A stretch of 64,000 nucleotides of DNA from an uncultured Actinomycetota bacterium (GTDB taxonomy: Bacteria; Actinomycetota; Actinomycetes; JAFAQI01): NCBI GenBank assembly GCA_963835405.1, contig CAWIFV010000010.1, positions 15,150-79,149 on the forward strand. The letters run 5' to 3'. The number at the start of each line of letters is the position of its first letter. Within the stretch, counting starts at the first letter, position 1. The position numbers and the translations under genes are program-made. Shown here piece by piece: positions 1-13,917 of the stretch. The notes under the pieces are model-generated. The model did not search any database and was not told the DNA's origin. It saw only the letters and a program-made list of their open reading frames with translations.

Positions 1-319
1 CGGGCGGTTGGATGCCGCTGAGCAGCCACCACTGGGTGAGCACCTCGACCGCCGTGACGACCAGCATCACCGCGGCGGCGAGGCCCAGGGTCGCCCGCGG
101 ATAGCGGCGGATCGCGGCGAACGCACCGTCCAGCAGCTCGCCGACACCCAGCGGCCGCAGCGGCACGATCCCCGGCCGCGGCGGCGGGGGAGCGGCGTAC
201 GGCGTGCCCCAGCTCGACGCATCCGGATGCGGGGCGGGCTGCTCGGCGGACCATCCGGGTGGCGGTGTCGTCGAGCCCGGGGCGGCCCAGTCGCCGGGCC
301 GGTCGGGGTCCCCCGTCAT
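1..319 (-). CDS. hypothetical membrane protein, N-terminal part only (gene runs off left edge of window)
   Basis: Own minus-strand translation from ATG 319-317 gives MTGDPDRPGDWAAPG...PLRPLGVGELLDGAFAAIRRYPRATLGLAAAVMLVVTAVEVL: a Pro-rich head followed by a hydrophobic helix. It is not in the ORF track because no stop lies in the window. Divergent from mtrA. Confidence 0.45.
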   Translation of the reverse strand, partial: MTGDPDRPGDWAAPGSTTPPPGWSAEQPAPHPDASSWGTPYAAPPPPRPGIVPLRPLGVGELLDGAFAAIRRYPRATLGLAAAVMLVVTAVEVLTQWWLLSGIQPP

Positions 320-396
320 CGCTCGCTCCTCGGGTCGGGACGGCCCATCGTCGCAGAGTGCCCCCTGAACGGCTGTCGGAATGTCACCATGGAAGG

Positions 397-1077
397 GTGC
401 CAAAAGGTCGAGTTCTCGTGGTCGACGACGACCCCGCGCTCGCGGAGATGCTGGGCATCGTGCTCCGCACCGAGGGCTTCGAGCCCTCGTTCGTCGCCGA
501 CGGCGACCGCGCGCTGGCCGCGTTCCGGTCCACCCGCCCGGACCTGGTGCTGCTCGACCTCATGCTGCCGGGCACGGACGGCATCGATGTCTGCCGGCAG
601 ATCCGTGCCGAGAGCGGCACCCCGATCGTCATGCTCACCGCACGCGGCGACACGATCGACATCGTGCTCGGCCTCGAGGTCGGCGCGGACGACTACATCG
701 TCAAACCGTTCAAGCCGAAGGAGCTGGTCGCCCGGATGCGGGCGCGGCTGCGCAGCAACGAGGCCGGGACCAACGAGGTCATCCGCGTCGGAGACGTGAC
801 CATCGACATCGCCGGGCACGTGGTCGCCCGCGACGACGAGGCGATCCCGCTGACGCCGCTGGAGTTCGACCTCCTCGCCGCGCTGGCGCGCAAACCCGGT
901 CAGGTGTTCACCCGCGAGCAGCTCCTCGAGCAGGTCTGGGGCTACCGCCATGCCGCGGACACCCGGCTCGTCAACGTGCACGTGCAGCGGCTCCGGGCGA
1001 AGGTCGAGCGAGACCCCGAGCACCCCGAGCTCGTCCTCACGGTGAGAGGAGTCGGCTACAAGGCCGGCCCGTCGTGA
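397..1077 (+). CDS. mtrA: OmpR-family response regulator MtrA
   Basis: ORF 259..1077 has a receiver domain (VLVVDDDPALAEML, DLMLPGTDG, KPF) plus a winged-helix output domain. The likely start is GTG 397. The stop overlaps the next gene start (GTGA). Classic mtrA-mtrB-lpqB order. Confidence 0.9.
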   Translation: MPKGRVLVVDDDPALAEMLGIVLRTEGFEPSFVADGDRALAAFRSTRPDLVLLDLMLPGTDGIDVCRQIRAESGTPIVMLTARGDTIDIVLGLEVGADDYIVKPFKPKELVARMRARLRSNEAGTNEVIRVGDVTIDIAGHVVARDDEAIPLTPLEFDLLAALARKPGQVFTREQLLEQVWGYRHAADTRLVNVHVQRLRAKVERDPEHPELVLTVRGVGYKAGPS

Positions 1078-2721
1078 CGTCTGCTCCCCAGGCCTTCCTC
1101 GCCGGCGCCCTCCATCGCTGGCGCGGCTCCCTGCAGCTCCGGGTGGCGAGCACGACCCTGGTGCTCTCGGCGCTGGCCGGCGTGCTGCTCGGCGTGGTGC
1201 TGCTGCACCAGATCCGCGACGGCCTGCTCGACGCGAAGACACGCGCCTCGCTGGCCCAGCTCGACTTCGGGCTGCAGCACGCGGCGTCGCAGTTCGACGC
1301 CATGGACCGGTCCAAGCCCAACGCCGTGAGCGCGACCGCCAGCAACGTCATCGGCGACCTCGGCGGCGGTGACGCCCAGGCGTCGTACGGCGTGGTCCTG
1401 CTCGCCACCGACAGTGGTGGCGAGTCCGAGTACATCGCCCCCCTGAGCACCGCGCCCCGCGGTCTGCGCGAGGTCGTCGGCAGCATCCCGCGGGGGCTCC
1501 GCACGGCCGTCGGCAAGCAGAACCGCGAGGCCTGGACCTACGCCACGATCCCTGCCGGCGACGGCACCGAGCCCGGTTTCGTCGCGGGCGGCCCGGTCCC
1601 CACCAGCGCCGTCGGCTACCAGCTGTACTACCTCTTCCCGCTGACCCAGGAGCGGGACACCCTCGCTCTCGTCGAACGGACGATGGTGGCGGCCGGCGTG
1701 GTCATCGTGCTGCTGCTCGTCGCCATCACCCTGATCGTCACCCGGCAGGTGGTGCGGCCGGTGCGCCAGGCCGCCGCGACGGCGCAGCGCCTCGCCGCGG
1801 GGAGGTTGCGCGACCGGATGCCGGTGCGGGGCGAGGACGAGCTGTCCAGCCTCGCCACCTCGTTCAACGGCATGGCGGAGACGGTCGAGCGCCAGATCTC
1901 CCAGCTGCGGGAGCTCTCCCGCGTGCAGCGACGCTTCGTCGCCGACGTGTCCCACGAGCTGCGGACGCCGATCACCACCATCCGGATGGCGGCGGACGTG
2001 CTGCACGACGCCCGGGGCGAGCTGCCGCCCGCGCTCGCCCGGTCCGCCGAGCTCCTGCAGGCGCAGCTCGACCGGTTCGAGGCGCTGCTCGCCGACCTGC
2101 TCGAGATCAGCCGGCACGACGCCGGAGCGGTCGCCCTCGACGGCGAGCTGCTCGACCTGCGGACCCTGGTCCGGGGTGTGGTCGACGGCACCGCTCCGCT
2201 CGCCGATCAGCACGGCTGCCCGGTCCGGCTCGACCTCCCCGAGGAGCCGGTGCGTCGTCGAGGTCGACGCCCGACGCATCGAGCGCATCCTGCGCAACCT
2301 CGTCATCAACGCGCTCGAGCACGGCAGCGGCGCCCCGGTGGACGTGCGGGTGCGTACCGGCCCGGGCGGGGTCACGGTCGCCGTCCGTGACCGCGGTGTC
2401 GGGTTGCGCCCGGGCGAGGCGGCGCTCGTGTTCGGGCGGTTCTGGCGTGCGGACCCGGCGCGGGCGCGGTCGTCCGGCGGCACCGGGCTGGGGCTGTCGA
2501 TCTCGTTGGAGGACGCCCGGCTGCACGGCGGCTGGCTGCAGGCGTGGGGCAAGCCCGGCGAGGGCTCGGTCTTCCGGCTGACCCTCCCGTGGCACATCGG
2601 CGAGGAGATCACCGAGGCGCCGCTGCCGCTCGAGCCCGTGGACGAGGTGGGCCCGGTCCCGGCCGGGATGGTGTCCGACCCGCGCGCGGACGGGACCACG
2701 CCGGAGGTCACCGGTGGGTGA
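1074..2721 (+). pseudogene. mtrB: sensor histidine kinase MtrB, reading frame broken once near 2245-2260
   Basis: TM, HAMP and HisKA (SHELRTPITTI) domains lie in the frame of ORF 381..2390. The HATPase domain (NLVINALEHG, GTGLGLSIS) lies in ORF 2176..2721. The two frames join at ...RLDLPEEPV / VVEVDARRIERI. Confidence 0.85.
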
Positions 2722-4441
2722 CCGGCGCGCCCGGCTCCGGCGGACCGGCGCGGTCGTGGCGGCCGTGTTGGCGCTGGCCGGCTGCGCCGGGATCCCGGAC
2801 AGCGGCGCCATCCGCGTCGGCCGGGAGATCTCCGCCGAGGGGGGCCTCGACGACATCGACGTCCGCGTGCTCCCGCCCGCACCGCTGCCCGGCATGTCGG
2901 CGGCGGACATCGTCCACGGGTTCCTGCGCGCGATGGTCAACGGCGACGGTGACTACGAGATCGCCCGTGCCTACCTCACCGACCACGCCGCCCTCACCTG
3001 GGACGCCGGGGTCGCCGTCACGATGTACGACGACGGCGGCGTCACCCTGACCGCGACTGAGACGAGCGAGGTCCGGCAGTCGATCCGCGTGCAGGCGCCG
3101 CGCGTCGGGTCAGATCGACGACCGCGGCGACTTCACCCCGAGGTCGGGCACGATCGCCGCCACGCTGGAGCTGGTCCGGCAGAACGGACAGTGGCGGATC
3201 GACAAGCTCGCCCGACGGCGTCTTCCTGTCGGTCGCCGACGCCCCGCGCGCCTACCGCCTGGCCGACGTCTACTACCTCGACCGCACCGGCGGCACGCTG
3301 GTGCCCGAGCAGGTGCTGCTCCGGCCCGACCCGCGCGGCGTGACGACCGCGCTGGTGCGTGCCCTGCTCGGCGGCCCCGGGTCGTGGCTGCGGCCGGCGG
3401 TGAGCACCGGCTTCCCCCCGCGCACCGACCTGCTCGGCAACGTTCCCGTCGACTCGACCGGCACCGCCGAGGTGAACCTGTCCGCCACCGTCGGCCAGGC
3501 GACGCGGTCCCAGCTCGAGGGCCTGTCCGCGCAGCTGATCTGGACGCTGCGACAGGTGAGCGGTGTCAACGCCGTGCGCATCCTCGTCGACGGGTCGCCG
3601 GTGAGCCTTCCCGGTGTGCCGCGCGGAGCAGCCGCGCTCCGCGTGGCCGTCGTACGACCCGGACGCGCCGCCGTCGCTGTCCAGCGCGTTCTACGCCGGC
3701 CGCCGCGGATGGCGCGGGGTCACCGCCGACGTCACCGGGCTCGACGCGGCTCAGGGTCTGACGTCTCTCGCGGTCTCCCACGACGGGAGGCGGCTGGCCG
3801 GCGTGGCGCGCACCGGCCGCCGCGTCGAGCTGCGCAGCGGACCGCTGGGCACCGCACCCGCCCGGCGGCTCGTGGCCGACACGCTCACCCGCCCCTCGTT
3901 CGACCGGGTCGACAACCTCTTCACGGTGGCGACCCGCAACGGTCGGCGGTGGGTGGCGCAGGTCACCGCTGCCGGTGAGCTCCGCTCCGTGCCGACCGAG
4001 AGCGCGGTGATCGACCGTCCGGTGCAGGAGCTGCGACTGTCCCGCGACGGGACGCGCGTCGCCGTCGTCGTGGGCGCCGCCGGCGCCGGCCGGCTCGTCG
4101 TCGGGCGGGTCACCTCCGCGCACGGCGCGCTGCGGTTCACCGGTTTCCGTGACGTCCTGCCACGCGTCGACGACGTGCGCGGGGTGGCCTGGGACGGCGC
4201 CGACCAGCTCGTGGTCACGGCCGCCAACGCGCCCGGGGGTCGTGAGCTCGTCGCGGTGGACGTCGACGGCTACAGCACGCGCACCGTGTCGACGGTCGGG
4301 CTGGGCGGCGAGCCGACGGACGTGGCGGCGGCGCCGGACGAACCGCTCGTGGTGACCGCGGGCGATGCCGTCTGGCTCGACGACCCGGTCGGCGGCTGGC
4401 GCCGGATCGGCGCCGGCTCGCTTCCCGCGTACGCCGGCTGA
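2714..4441 (+). pseudogene. lpqB: lipoprotein LpqB, at least 3 frame breaks (about 3100, 3300, 3610)
   Basis: Lipobox LALAGCAG at the N-terminus (ORF 2714..3343). The protein continues in ORFs 3301..3978 and 3614..4441 (GerMN-like and beta-propeller-like C-terminal regions). Sits downstream of mtrB with a start/stop overlap. Confidence 0.8.
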
Positions 4442-4506
4442 CCCGGCATCCACAGAACCGCCCGGGGAGGTGCCGGTGAGCGCCCGTCCCGGCGCAGGCT
4501 CGGCCG

Positions 4507-5235
4507 GTGCGCGCGCTCCTCGATCTCGTCCTCCCACAGTCCTGTGCCGGGTGTGGCACCCCCGGGCCGGCGGTCTGCGGCGGGTGCGTCGTCCCGCTGC
4601 TGGCGGTACCGCGTCCGGCCTGGCCGGAGCCGGCGCCGGCCGGGCTGCCGCCGCCCTACGCCGTCGCCGCCTACGCGGGTGTGGTGCGCGACCTGCTGCT
4701 CGCGTACAAGGAGCGCGGCGTCCTCGGGCTCGCCCGGCCGCTCGCCGGCGCTCTCGCCCGCTCGGTGACGGCGGGCGTCGAGGCGGCGCAGGTCGCCGCG
4801 CCGGTCGTGCTCGTCCCGGTGCCGTCGTCGGCGCGCGCCCGGCGCGTCCGCGGTGACGACGTCGTGGCCCGGCTCGCCCGCCGGGCCGCCCGGGAACTCA
4901 CCGCCGCCGGCCGGCCCGTCGCAACGCTGGGGGCGCTGGTGCACCGCCGCGCCGTCGTCGACTCCGCCGGGCTCGGTGCGGCGGCGCGGGCGGAGAACCT
5001 CGCCGGCGCCTTCCGGCTGCGGGTGGGGGCGCGGGCCGCCCTCGCCGGCTCGGTCGTGGTGCTCGTCGACGACCTCGTCACCACCGGTGCCACGCTGGCG
5101 GAGTGCGCGCGCACGCTTCGGGCCGCGGGAGCAGTGGTCGCCGCGGCGGCGACGGTGGCCGCCACCCGGCGTAACCACGGCGTAGTCCGCCCGGGTCTGC
5201 ACAACGTGGCCGCCGCGCACTACGGTGCTCGGTAG
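4507..5235 (+). CDS. ComF-family phosphoribosyltransferase-domain protein
   Basis: ORF 4507..5235 has an N-terminal CxxC...CxxC (QSCAGCG...VCGGC) and a PRTase motif VVLVDDLVTTGATL. Conserved position between lpqB and hpf. Confidence 0.8.
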   Translation: MRALLDLVLPQSCAGCGTPGPAVCGGCVVPLLAVPRPAWPEPAPAGLPPPYAVAAYAGVVRDLLLAYKERGVLGLARPLAGALARSVTAGVEAAQVAAPVVLVPVPSSARARRVRGDDVVARLARRAARELTAAGRPVATLGALVHRRAVVDSAGLGAAARAENLAGAFRLRVGARAALAGSVVVLVDDLVTTGATLAECARTLRAAGAVVAAAATVAATRRNHGVVRPGLHNVAAAHYGAR

Positions 5236-5262
5236 GTGCAGGACGTCGACGGAGGTAGCCGC

Positions 5263-5929
5263 GTGGACATCGTCGTCAAGGGCCGGCACACGGAGATCGG
5301 CGAACGGTTCCGGAGTCAGGCCGAGGCCAAGCTCGGCAAGCTCGGCAAGCTCGACGGCAAGGTCAACCGCATCGACGTCGAGGTCTGCGACGAGCACAAC
5401 CCGCGCCTCGCCGACCAGCGGGCCCGGGTCGAGCTGACCTGTCTGACGCGCGGGTCCGGTCGTCCGCGCCGAGGCCGCGGCCAGCGACCCGTTCGCCGCC
5501 CTCGACCTCGCCGTCGGCAAGCTCGAGATGCGGCTGCGCCGCGCTGCCGACCGGCGCCGGGTCCACCACGGCAACCGCACCCCCGTCTCGGTCGCGGCGG
5601 CGACCGCCGCCGCCCGCGCCGACGCCGAGGCGACCCGACCCCCGGCGGGAGCGAACGGCTCCGGCCCCGCCGTGGCGGCCGAGGTCGACGAGGTGATGGC
5701 GATCGGCACCGCCATCGACTCCACCGGTGGACCCGTGCTGGTGCGGGAGAAGGTGCACACCGCCGCTCCCATGACGCTGGACCAGGCGTTGTTCGAGATG
5801 GAGCTCGTCGGGCACGACTTCTACCTGTTCGTCGACGCCGACCGGGGCTGCCCGAGCGTGGTCTACCGCCGGCGGGGCTACGACTACGGCGTGATCCGGC
5901 TGGTCAGCACGGACGGCGCCACCGCCTGA
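5263..5929 (+). pseudogene. hpf: ribosome hibernation promoting factor (long HPF), one frame break near 5455
   Basis: N-terminal VDIVVKGRHTEIGERFRSQAEAKLGKL...RVELTCLTRG lies in ORF 5236..6033. The C-terminal dimerisation domain VLVREKVHTAAPMTLDQALFEMELVGHDFYLFVD lies in ORF 5528..5929. Confidence 0.85.
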
Positions 5930-6046
5930 CCCGATTGATGCGTTTGGGCGGGTTTTCACGCGCGGACGTGCCATCATGGGCCGCAACTGCGGGCTATACG
6001 ACCCATGGAGGCAACGTGAGCGAGACGCCGTGACGGCGTACCGAGC

Positions 6047-6724
6047 GTGCCGCCTGGCACGGGGGACCCGATCCGCGTCCTGGTCGTCGACGACCACGCT
6101 CTGTTCCGCCGCGGCCTCGAGATGGTGCTCGAGCAGGAGCCCGACATCGACGTCGTGGGCGAGGCCGAGGACGGCGCCGCCGCGGTCCAGAAGGCGATCG
6201 AGACCACGCCGGACATCGTGCTCATGGACGTCCGGATGCCGAAGCGCGGCGGCATCGACGCCTGCACCGCCATCAAGGACGCCGTCCCGTCCACCAAGAT
6301 CATCATGCTGACGATCAGCGACGAGGAGGCCGACCTCTACGACGCGATCAAGGCCGGCGCGATGGGCTACCTGCTCAAGGAGATCTCCATCGAGGAGGTC
6401 GCCTCGGCGATCCGCGCCGTGCACGGCGGCCAGTCGCTGATCTCGCCGTCGATGGCGTCGAAGCTGCTCAACGAGTTCGCCTCGATGATCAAGCGTGGCG
6501 ACGACCGGCAGCAGGTGCCCGCGCCGCGGCTGACCGAGCGCGAGATGGAGGTGCTGCGGCTGGTCGCCAAGGGCCTCAACAACCGCGACATCGCCAAGCA
6601 GCTGTTCATCAGCGAGAACACGGTCAAGAACCACATCCGCAACATCCTCGAGAAGCTGCAGCTGCACTCGCGCATGGAGGCCGTGGTCTACGCCGTCCGC
6701 GAGAAGCTGCTCGAGATCACCTAG
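6047..6724 (+). CDS. NarL/LuxR-family two-component response regulator
   Basis: ORF 6047..6724 has a receiver domain (IRVLVVDDHALFRRGL, DIVLMDVRMP) plus a LuxR HTH (LTEREMEVLRLVAKGLNNRDIAKQLFISENTVKNH). Confidence 0.9.
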   Translation: MPPGTGDPIRVLVVDDHALFRRGLEMVLEQEPDIDVVGEAEDGAAAVQKAIETTPDIVLMDVRMPKRGGIDACTAIKDAVPSTKIIMLTISDEEADLYDAIKAGAMGYLLKEISIEEVASAIRAVHGGQSLISPSMASKLLNEFASMIKRGDDRQQVPAPRLTEREMEVLRLVAKGLNNRDIAKQLFISENTVKNHIRNILEKLQLHSRMEAVVYAVREKLLEIT

Positions 6725-6735
6725 CCTCTTCGGGC

Positions 6736-7960
6736 ATGGTCGATGCGGCGACGCTGGACATCCCGGAGTTCGATCCGGCCGACGTCGAGCTGCATGGTCA
6801 GCGATTCCACGACGTGCTCGGCGGCCTCGCCTCGTCGTCGTGGCTGGCGCGCATCCCGATGGGCTATCTGACGCTGGACCGTGAGGCGGGCGAGTTCTTC
6901 CTGCGCACGAAGCTCGGCAACGTTTCCCGGCCAGATGATCGCCGAGCTGTTCGCCGTCGGGCCGGGTCCGTTGCGCGAGGAGATCGACCACAACATCCTG
7001 CATCTCGACGGTGACCAGCACCGGCGCCTGCGCAACGTGCTCAACCCGTTCTTCACGCCCCGCGCCTCCCAGCGGTGGCGCAGCACCATGCGCGACGTCA
7101 TCACCGGCATCTGCGCCGATGTCGTCCCCACGGGTCGGTGCGAGTTCGTCTCCGCCGTTGCCCGGCGCTACCCCGCGGAGGTCATCGCCAGGGTCATGGG
7201 GGCCCCGCCGGAGGACGCACCCCGGCTGCACGAGTGGTCGCACTGGATGCAAAGCCAGTTCGACGGGCCGGCGCTGCTCAACGACCGCCGGCGCATCGAG
7301 CAGGCCGTCGCGGAGTTCTACGACTGGTGTGACGCTCTCATCGCGCGCCGGAGGTCCGACCCGGGTGACGATCTCATCTCGCTGCTCATCGAAGCCGAGG
7401 CGGCGGCCCGGCTGAGCCACGTCGAGCTCCGAAACCTGGTGCTCGACGTGGTGGCCGGCGGCGTGGACACGACGCATGCGCAGCTCGCGCACGCGCTGCT
7501 GCTGTTCGCTCGGCACCCGGGGCAATGGGCGGTGCTCGCCGACCGGCCCGAACTGGCGACGCAGGCGGTCGAGGAGGTGCTGCGACACGAGCCGGTGACC
7601 CCGTTCTCGGCTCGCGTCCTCACTCACGACGTCACCTACCGCGACGTGGACTTCCCCGCAGGGGCGGTCGTCCTCATCAGCGCCGCGACCGGGAACCGCG
7701 AGGGTCTGGTGCCGGCCGAGTTCGACATCACCGTCCGGCGCGACGGCGCGCGCATCCTGACGTTCGGCGCCGGCATCCACTTCTGCGTCGGCCACAACCT
7801 CGCCCGGGCCGAGCTGGAGGAGGCGTTGCTGTTCCTCGCGCCCCGGCTGCGGGACCTGCGGCTCGACGGCGTACCGGCGTTCGGCACGGTCCAGGGCATC
7901 TACGGTCTGGGGGCGCTCCCGCTCGCCTGGCGCACCGGGCAACCCGAACACGAACAATGA
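6736..7960 (+). pseudogene. cytochrome P450, one frame break near 6920
   Basis: ORF 6881..7960 carries an EXXR motif (EEVLRHE) and the heme loop FGAGIHFCVGHNLAR. The N-terminal about 60 aa lie in ORF 6736..7014. Confidence 0.8.
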
Positions 7961-8039
7961 CGGGCGAGCGCCGGCTGGGCGTGGCCAGGTGTTCGCCGGC
8001 TCCGCCGGCCGCCGGTTGAGGTGTTGGCATGATGCGCGG

Positions 8040-9110
8040 ATGCTCGCCACCCTGTCCCGCTCGGACCGCTGGATCGTCGCGGCCTGCCTGCTGCTGACGA
8101 CCGCGGCCGCACTCACCCGGTACGTCGGGGGTGGCCATGTCGCCGCGTTCGTCGTCGCCGGTCTCGCCATCGCCGCGCTGGCGACGCTGGTCGGCCGCAG
8201 CGTCGACCAGATCGGCGAGCGGCTGGGCGCCGGCGCGACCGGGGTCCTTCAGAGCGCACTCGGCAACCTGCCCGAGCTGTTCATCGCCGTCTTCGCATTG
8301 CGGGCCGGGCTCACCGAGGTCGTCGAGGCCGCTGTGATCGGTTCGATCCTCGGCAACGTGCTCCTCGTCCTCGGCCTCGCGTTCCTCGTCGGCGGGCTGC
8401 GCAACGGAGTCCAGCGCTTCGACAGCCAACGGGCGCGCGTCATCACCGCGATGATGCTGCTGGCCGTCGCCGCGATGCTGATTCCGTCGCTGGCGGCGAC
8501 GCTCCACACGCCGGCCGCCGCCCACGAGCGGACCCTGTCGGTCATCGCGTCGGTCGTCCTGCTCGCCGTCTTCGTGTGCTCGGTGCCGTCCGCGGTCCGG
8601 CGTACCGCGCAGGAGGAGGCAGCGGCTGCGGACCCCGCCGCGGACGGACGTTGGCCCATGCCGTTGGCGATCGGGTCCTTGGCGGTGACCGCGGTGCTGG
8701 CGGCGCTGGTGTCGGACTGGTTCATCCACGCGCTCGAACCGGCCATCGAGACGCTGCACATCAGCCAGGCGTTCGCCGGTCTCGTCATCGTCGCCATCGC
8801 CGGGAACGCGGTCGAGAACGTCGTCGGCATCCAGCTCGCCGCGCGAGGCCAGTCCGATCACGCGCTGTCGGTGATCCTCAACAGCCCGCTGCAGATCGCG
8901 CTGGTGCTCGCGCCCGCCCTCGTCCTGCTGTCGTTCGTCGTGGGCGGCGCGGCGTTCGTGCTCGTGTTCCCGCCGCTGCTCGTGACGACCGTGGTGGCGT
9001 CGGTGCTGGCCGTCAGCTTCATCATCGTCGACGGCGAGTCGGTCTGGCTGGAAGGCGCCGCGCTGCTCGGTCTCTACGCCGTCATCGCCGCCGCGTTCTG
9101 GTGGGGCTGA
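8040..9110 (+). CDS. Ca2+/H+ (CaCA/ChaA-type) cation antiporter
   Basis: ORF 7989..9110 is polytopic and has duplicated alpha-repeat motifs (GNLPELFIAVFAL and GNAVENVVGIQLA). The likely start is ATG 8040. Confidence 0.75.
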   Translation: MLATLSRSDRWIVAACLLLTTAAALTRYVGGGHVAAFVVAGLAIAALATLVGRSVDQIGERLGAGATGVLQSALGNLPELFIAVFALRAGLTEVVEAAVIGSILGNVLLVLGLAFLVGGLRNGVQRFDSQRARVITAMMLLAVAAMLIPSLAATLHTPAAAHERTLSVIASVVLLAVFVCSVPSAVRRTAQEEAAAADPAADGRWPMPLAIGSLAVTAVLAALVSDWFIHALEPAIETLHISQAFAGLVIVAIAGNAVENVVGIQLAARGQSDHALSVILNSPLQIALVLAPALVLLSFVVGGAAFVLVFPPLLVTTVVASVLAVSFIIVDGESVWLEGAALLGLYAVIAAAFWWG

Positions 9111-9113
9111 CCG

Positions 9114-10604
9114 TCACACCTCACCGCGGTCGCCGTAGAACCGCGCCAGCCGGCCGCTGCGGCTGACCGCGCGCAGCCGTCGCTCGACGTCGTCCCGCAC
9201 CGCCCGCGGCACCACGAGCATGAGGTCGTCGCCCTCGTTGAGCATCGTCGTCACCTCCGGGACGAGGCCGTGCCCGCCGCGGTTGATGAACACCACCGCC
9301 ACGTCCTCCGGCAGGTCGAGCTCCCACACCGTGACGCGGTGCAGCTTCGAACCCTCCGGCACCCGGACGGTCAGCAGGTCGGCCTCCATCCGGTCCAGCG
9401 GCGCCGCATCGACGTCGAGGTCGCGCCCGGCATCGTCGCGCTGGAGGCGGAGCCGCCGGGCGAGTGGCGCGAGCAGCGGCGACTGGACGAGCGTCGACAG
9501 CGCCACGAGCACGAAGACGACGTCGAAGACCCGGCGGGCGCCGGGTGCCTGGGTCGTCAGCGGGATCGTCGAGAGCACGATCGGCACCGCGCCGCGAAGG
9601 CCGGCGGCGGACAGCAGCAGCTGCTCGCGCCAGCCCAGCCGGAACGGCGCGGTCGCCGTGAGCACCGCGAGCGGTCGGGCGACGAGCGTGAGGACCGCGC
9701 CGATGGCGAGTGCCGGCAGCGCCGCCTCGCCGAGCTGGTCCGGCTCGACCAGGAGGCCGAGCATCACGAACAGTCCCATCTGCGCCAGCCAGGCCATGCC
9801 GTCGGCGAAACCGACCGTCGTCCGGCGGTGGGGGAGATGGGCGTTGCCCAGCCACAGCGCGGTGAGGTAGACGGCGAGGAAGCCGCTGGCCCCCGCCGAG
9901 GCGGCCGCGGCGTACGACGCCATGGCGAGCGACATCGTCGCGATCGGGTAGAGCCCGGCCGCGGGCAGCGCCGCGCGCCGCAGGGTCGCCGCCCCGACCG
10001 CGCCGAGGGCGAGGCCGATGCCGGCGCCCGCGGCCAGCTCCCAGCTGAGCGACGCCGCCGCGTGGCCGAGGCTTCCGGGGTGCCGGCTCGCCAGCAGCGA
10101 CACGATGATGACCGCCGGCGCGTCGTTGAGCCCGGACTCGGCTTCGAGCACGGCCACGACGCGCCGCGGCAGGCGCAGGGACCGCAGGGTCGCGAACACC
10201 GCGGCGGCGTCGGTCGAGGCGAGGACGGCGGCGGCCATGCCGGCGGTCCGCCAGCTCGTGTCGAGGACGAGCTTCGCCGCGACGCAGGTGACCCCGATGC
10301 TCACCGCCACACCGACGGTGGCCAGGGCCGCCGCCGCGGGCAGCTGCGGTCGGACCTCGATCCAGCGCGTCGTGAGCCCGCCCTCGGCGAGGATCACGGC
10401 CAGCGCGATGAGGCCCAGGTTGCGCGCGAGCGTGGTGTCGTCGAACGACAGGCCGATCGCGCCCCGGCCGAGCACGAGCCCGATCGCCAGGTAGAGCAGC
10501 AGGCTCGGCACGCCGAGCCGGGTGGACAGGCGCACCGCGGCGACGGCGACCAGCAGGACGCCCGCGCCGGCGAGCAGCGCGAGCTCGAAGTCGCCGCTCG
10601 CCAC
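9114..10604 (-). CDS. K+/H+ antiporter (CPA1/NhaP2-type) with C-terminal RCK_C/TrkA-C domain
   Basis: ORF 9114..10604 (496 aa) has about 12 TM segments and a soluble C-terminal domain (LHRVTVWELDLPEDVAVVFINRGGHGLVPE...GDDLMLV). Confidence 0.8.
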   Translation of the reverse strand: MASGDFELALLAGAGVLLVAVAAVRLSTRLGVPSLLLYLAIGLVLGRGAIGLSFDDTTLARNLGLIALAVILAEGGLTTRWIEVRPQLPAAAALATVGVAVSIGVTCVAAKLVLDTSWRTAGMAAAVLASTDAAAVFATLRSLRLPRRVVAVLEAESGLNDAPAVIIVSLLASRHPGSLGHAAASLSWELAAGAGIGLALGAVGAATLRRAALPAAGLYPIATMSLAMASYAAAASAGASGFLAVYLTALWLGNAHLPHRRTTVGFADGMAWLAQMGLFVMLGLLVEPDQLGEAALPALAIGAVLTLVARPLAVLTATAPFRLGWREQLLLSAAGLRGAVPIVLSTIPLTTQAPGARRVFDVVFVLVALSTLVQSPLLAPLARRLRLQRDDAGRDLDVDAAPLDRMEADLLTVRVPEGSKLHRVTVWELDLPEDVAVVFINRGGHGLVPEVTTMLNEGDDLMLVVPRAVRDDVERRLRAVSRSGRLARFYGDRGEV

Positions 10605-10620
10605 GTCGTCCCGGCGCCCG

Positions 10621-10839
10621 CTACCTCGGTCGCGCCGGGCGCAGCACGAGCCCGTCCAGCAGCTTGCGGGTGGCGGCCGTCACCTCGGCGACGGCGTCGG
10701 CGAACACCTCGGCGTTGGCCTGGGAGGGCGCGCGCATCCCCGCCACCTTGCGGACGTACTGCAGCGCTGCCGCCTCGATGTCGGGCGCCGTCGGCTCCTC
10801 GACGTACGGGGGACGCAGCGTCTTGATGCTCCTGCACAC
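10621..10839 (-). CDS. DUF2277-like small protein
   Basis: ORF 10621..10839 reads MCRSIKTLRPPYVEEPTAPDIEAAALQYVRKVAGMRAPSQANAEVF. This matches the pattern I recall for DUF2277 proteins; the call is from memory only. Confidence 0.55.
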   Translation of the reverse strand: MCRSIKTLRPPYVEEPTAPDIEAAALQYVRKVAGMRAPSQANAEVFADAVAEVTAATRKLLDGLVLRPARPR

Positions 10840-10979
10840 GTCGCAGACGGTAGCGGCTCGGCGGCCGCCGGCACGAGGCCGTCGGCGGTGATCCGGGGTG
10901 CGGCCGCCGCCTCGGCCTACGATGGCGGGACGGCGGAACCGCCGCCGTGACGTCTGTCCACGTCAGGAGATCGGCAACC

Positions 10980-13907
<2,928 letters not shown>

Positions 13908-13917
13908 CGCCAGGACG

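Noticed and set aside
5363-8170. 935-aa minus-strand ORF, together with similar long ORFs such as 1056..2882(-), 10917..13076(-), 56032..58458(-) and 58699..60792(+)
   Set aside because: They lie antisense to, or out of frame with, clearly recognisable genes (LuxR regulator, P450, mtrB, secA, copA, SNF2). Their translations are low-complexity Arg/Gly/Pro/Ala strings typical of shadow ORFs in high-GC DNA, and no domain motifs are present.
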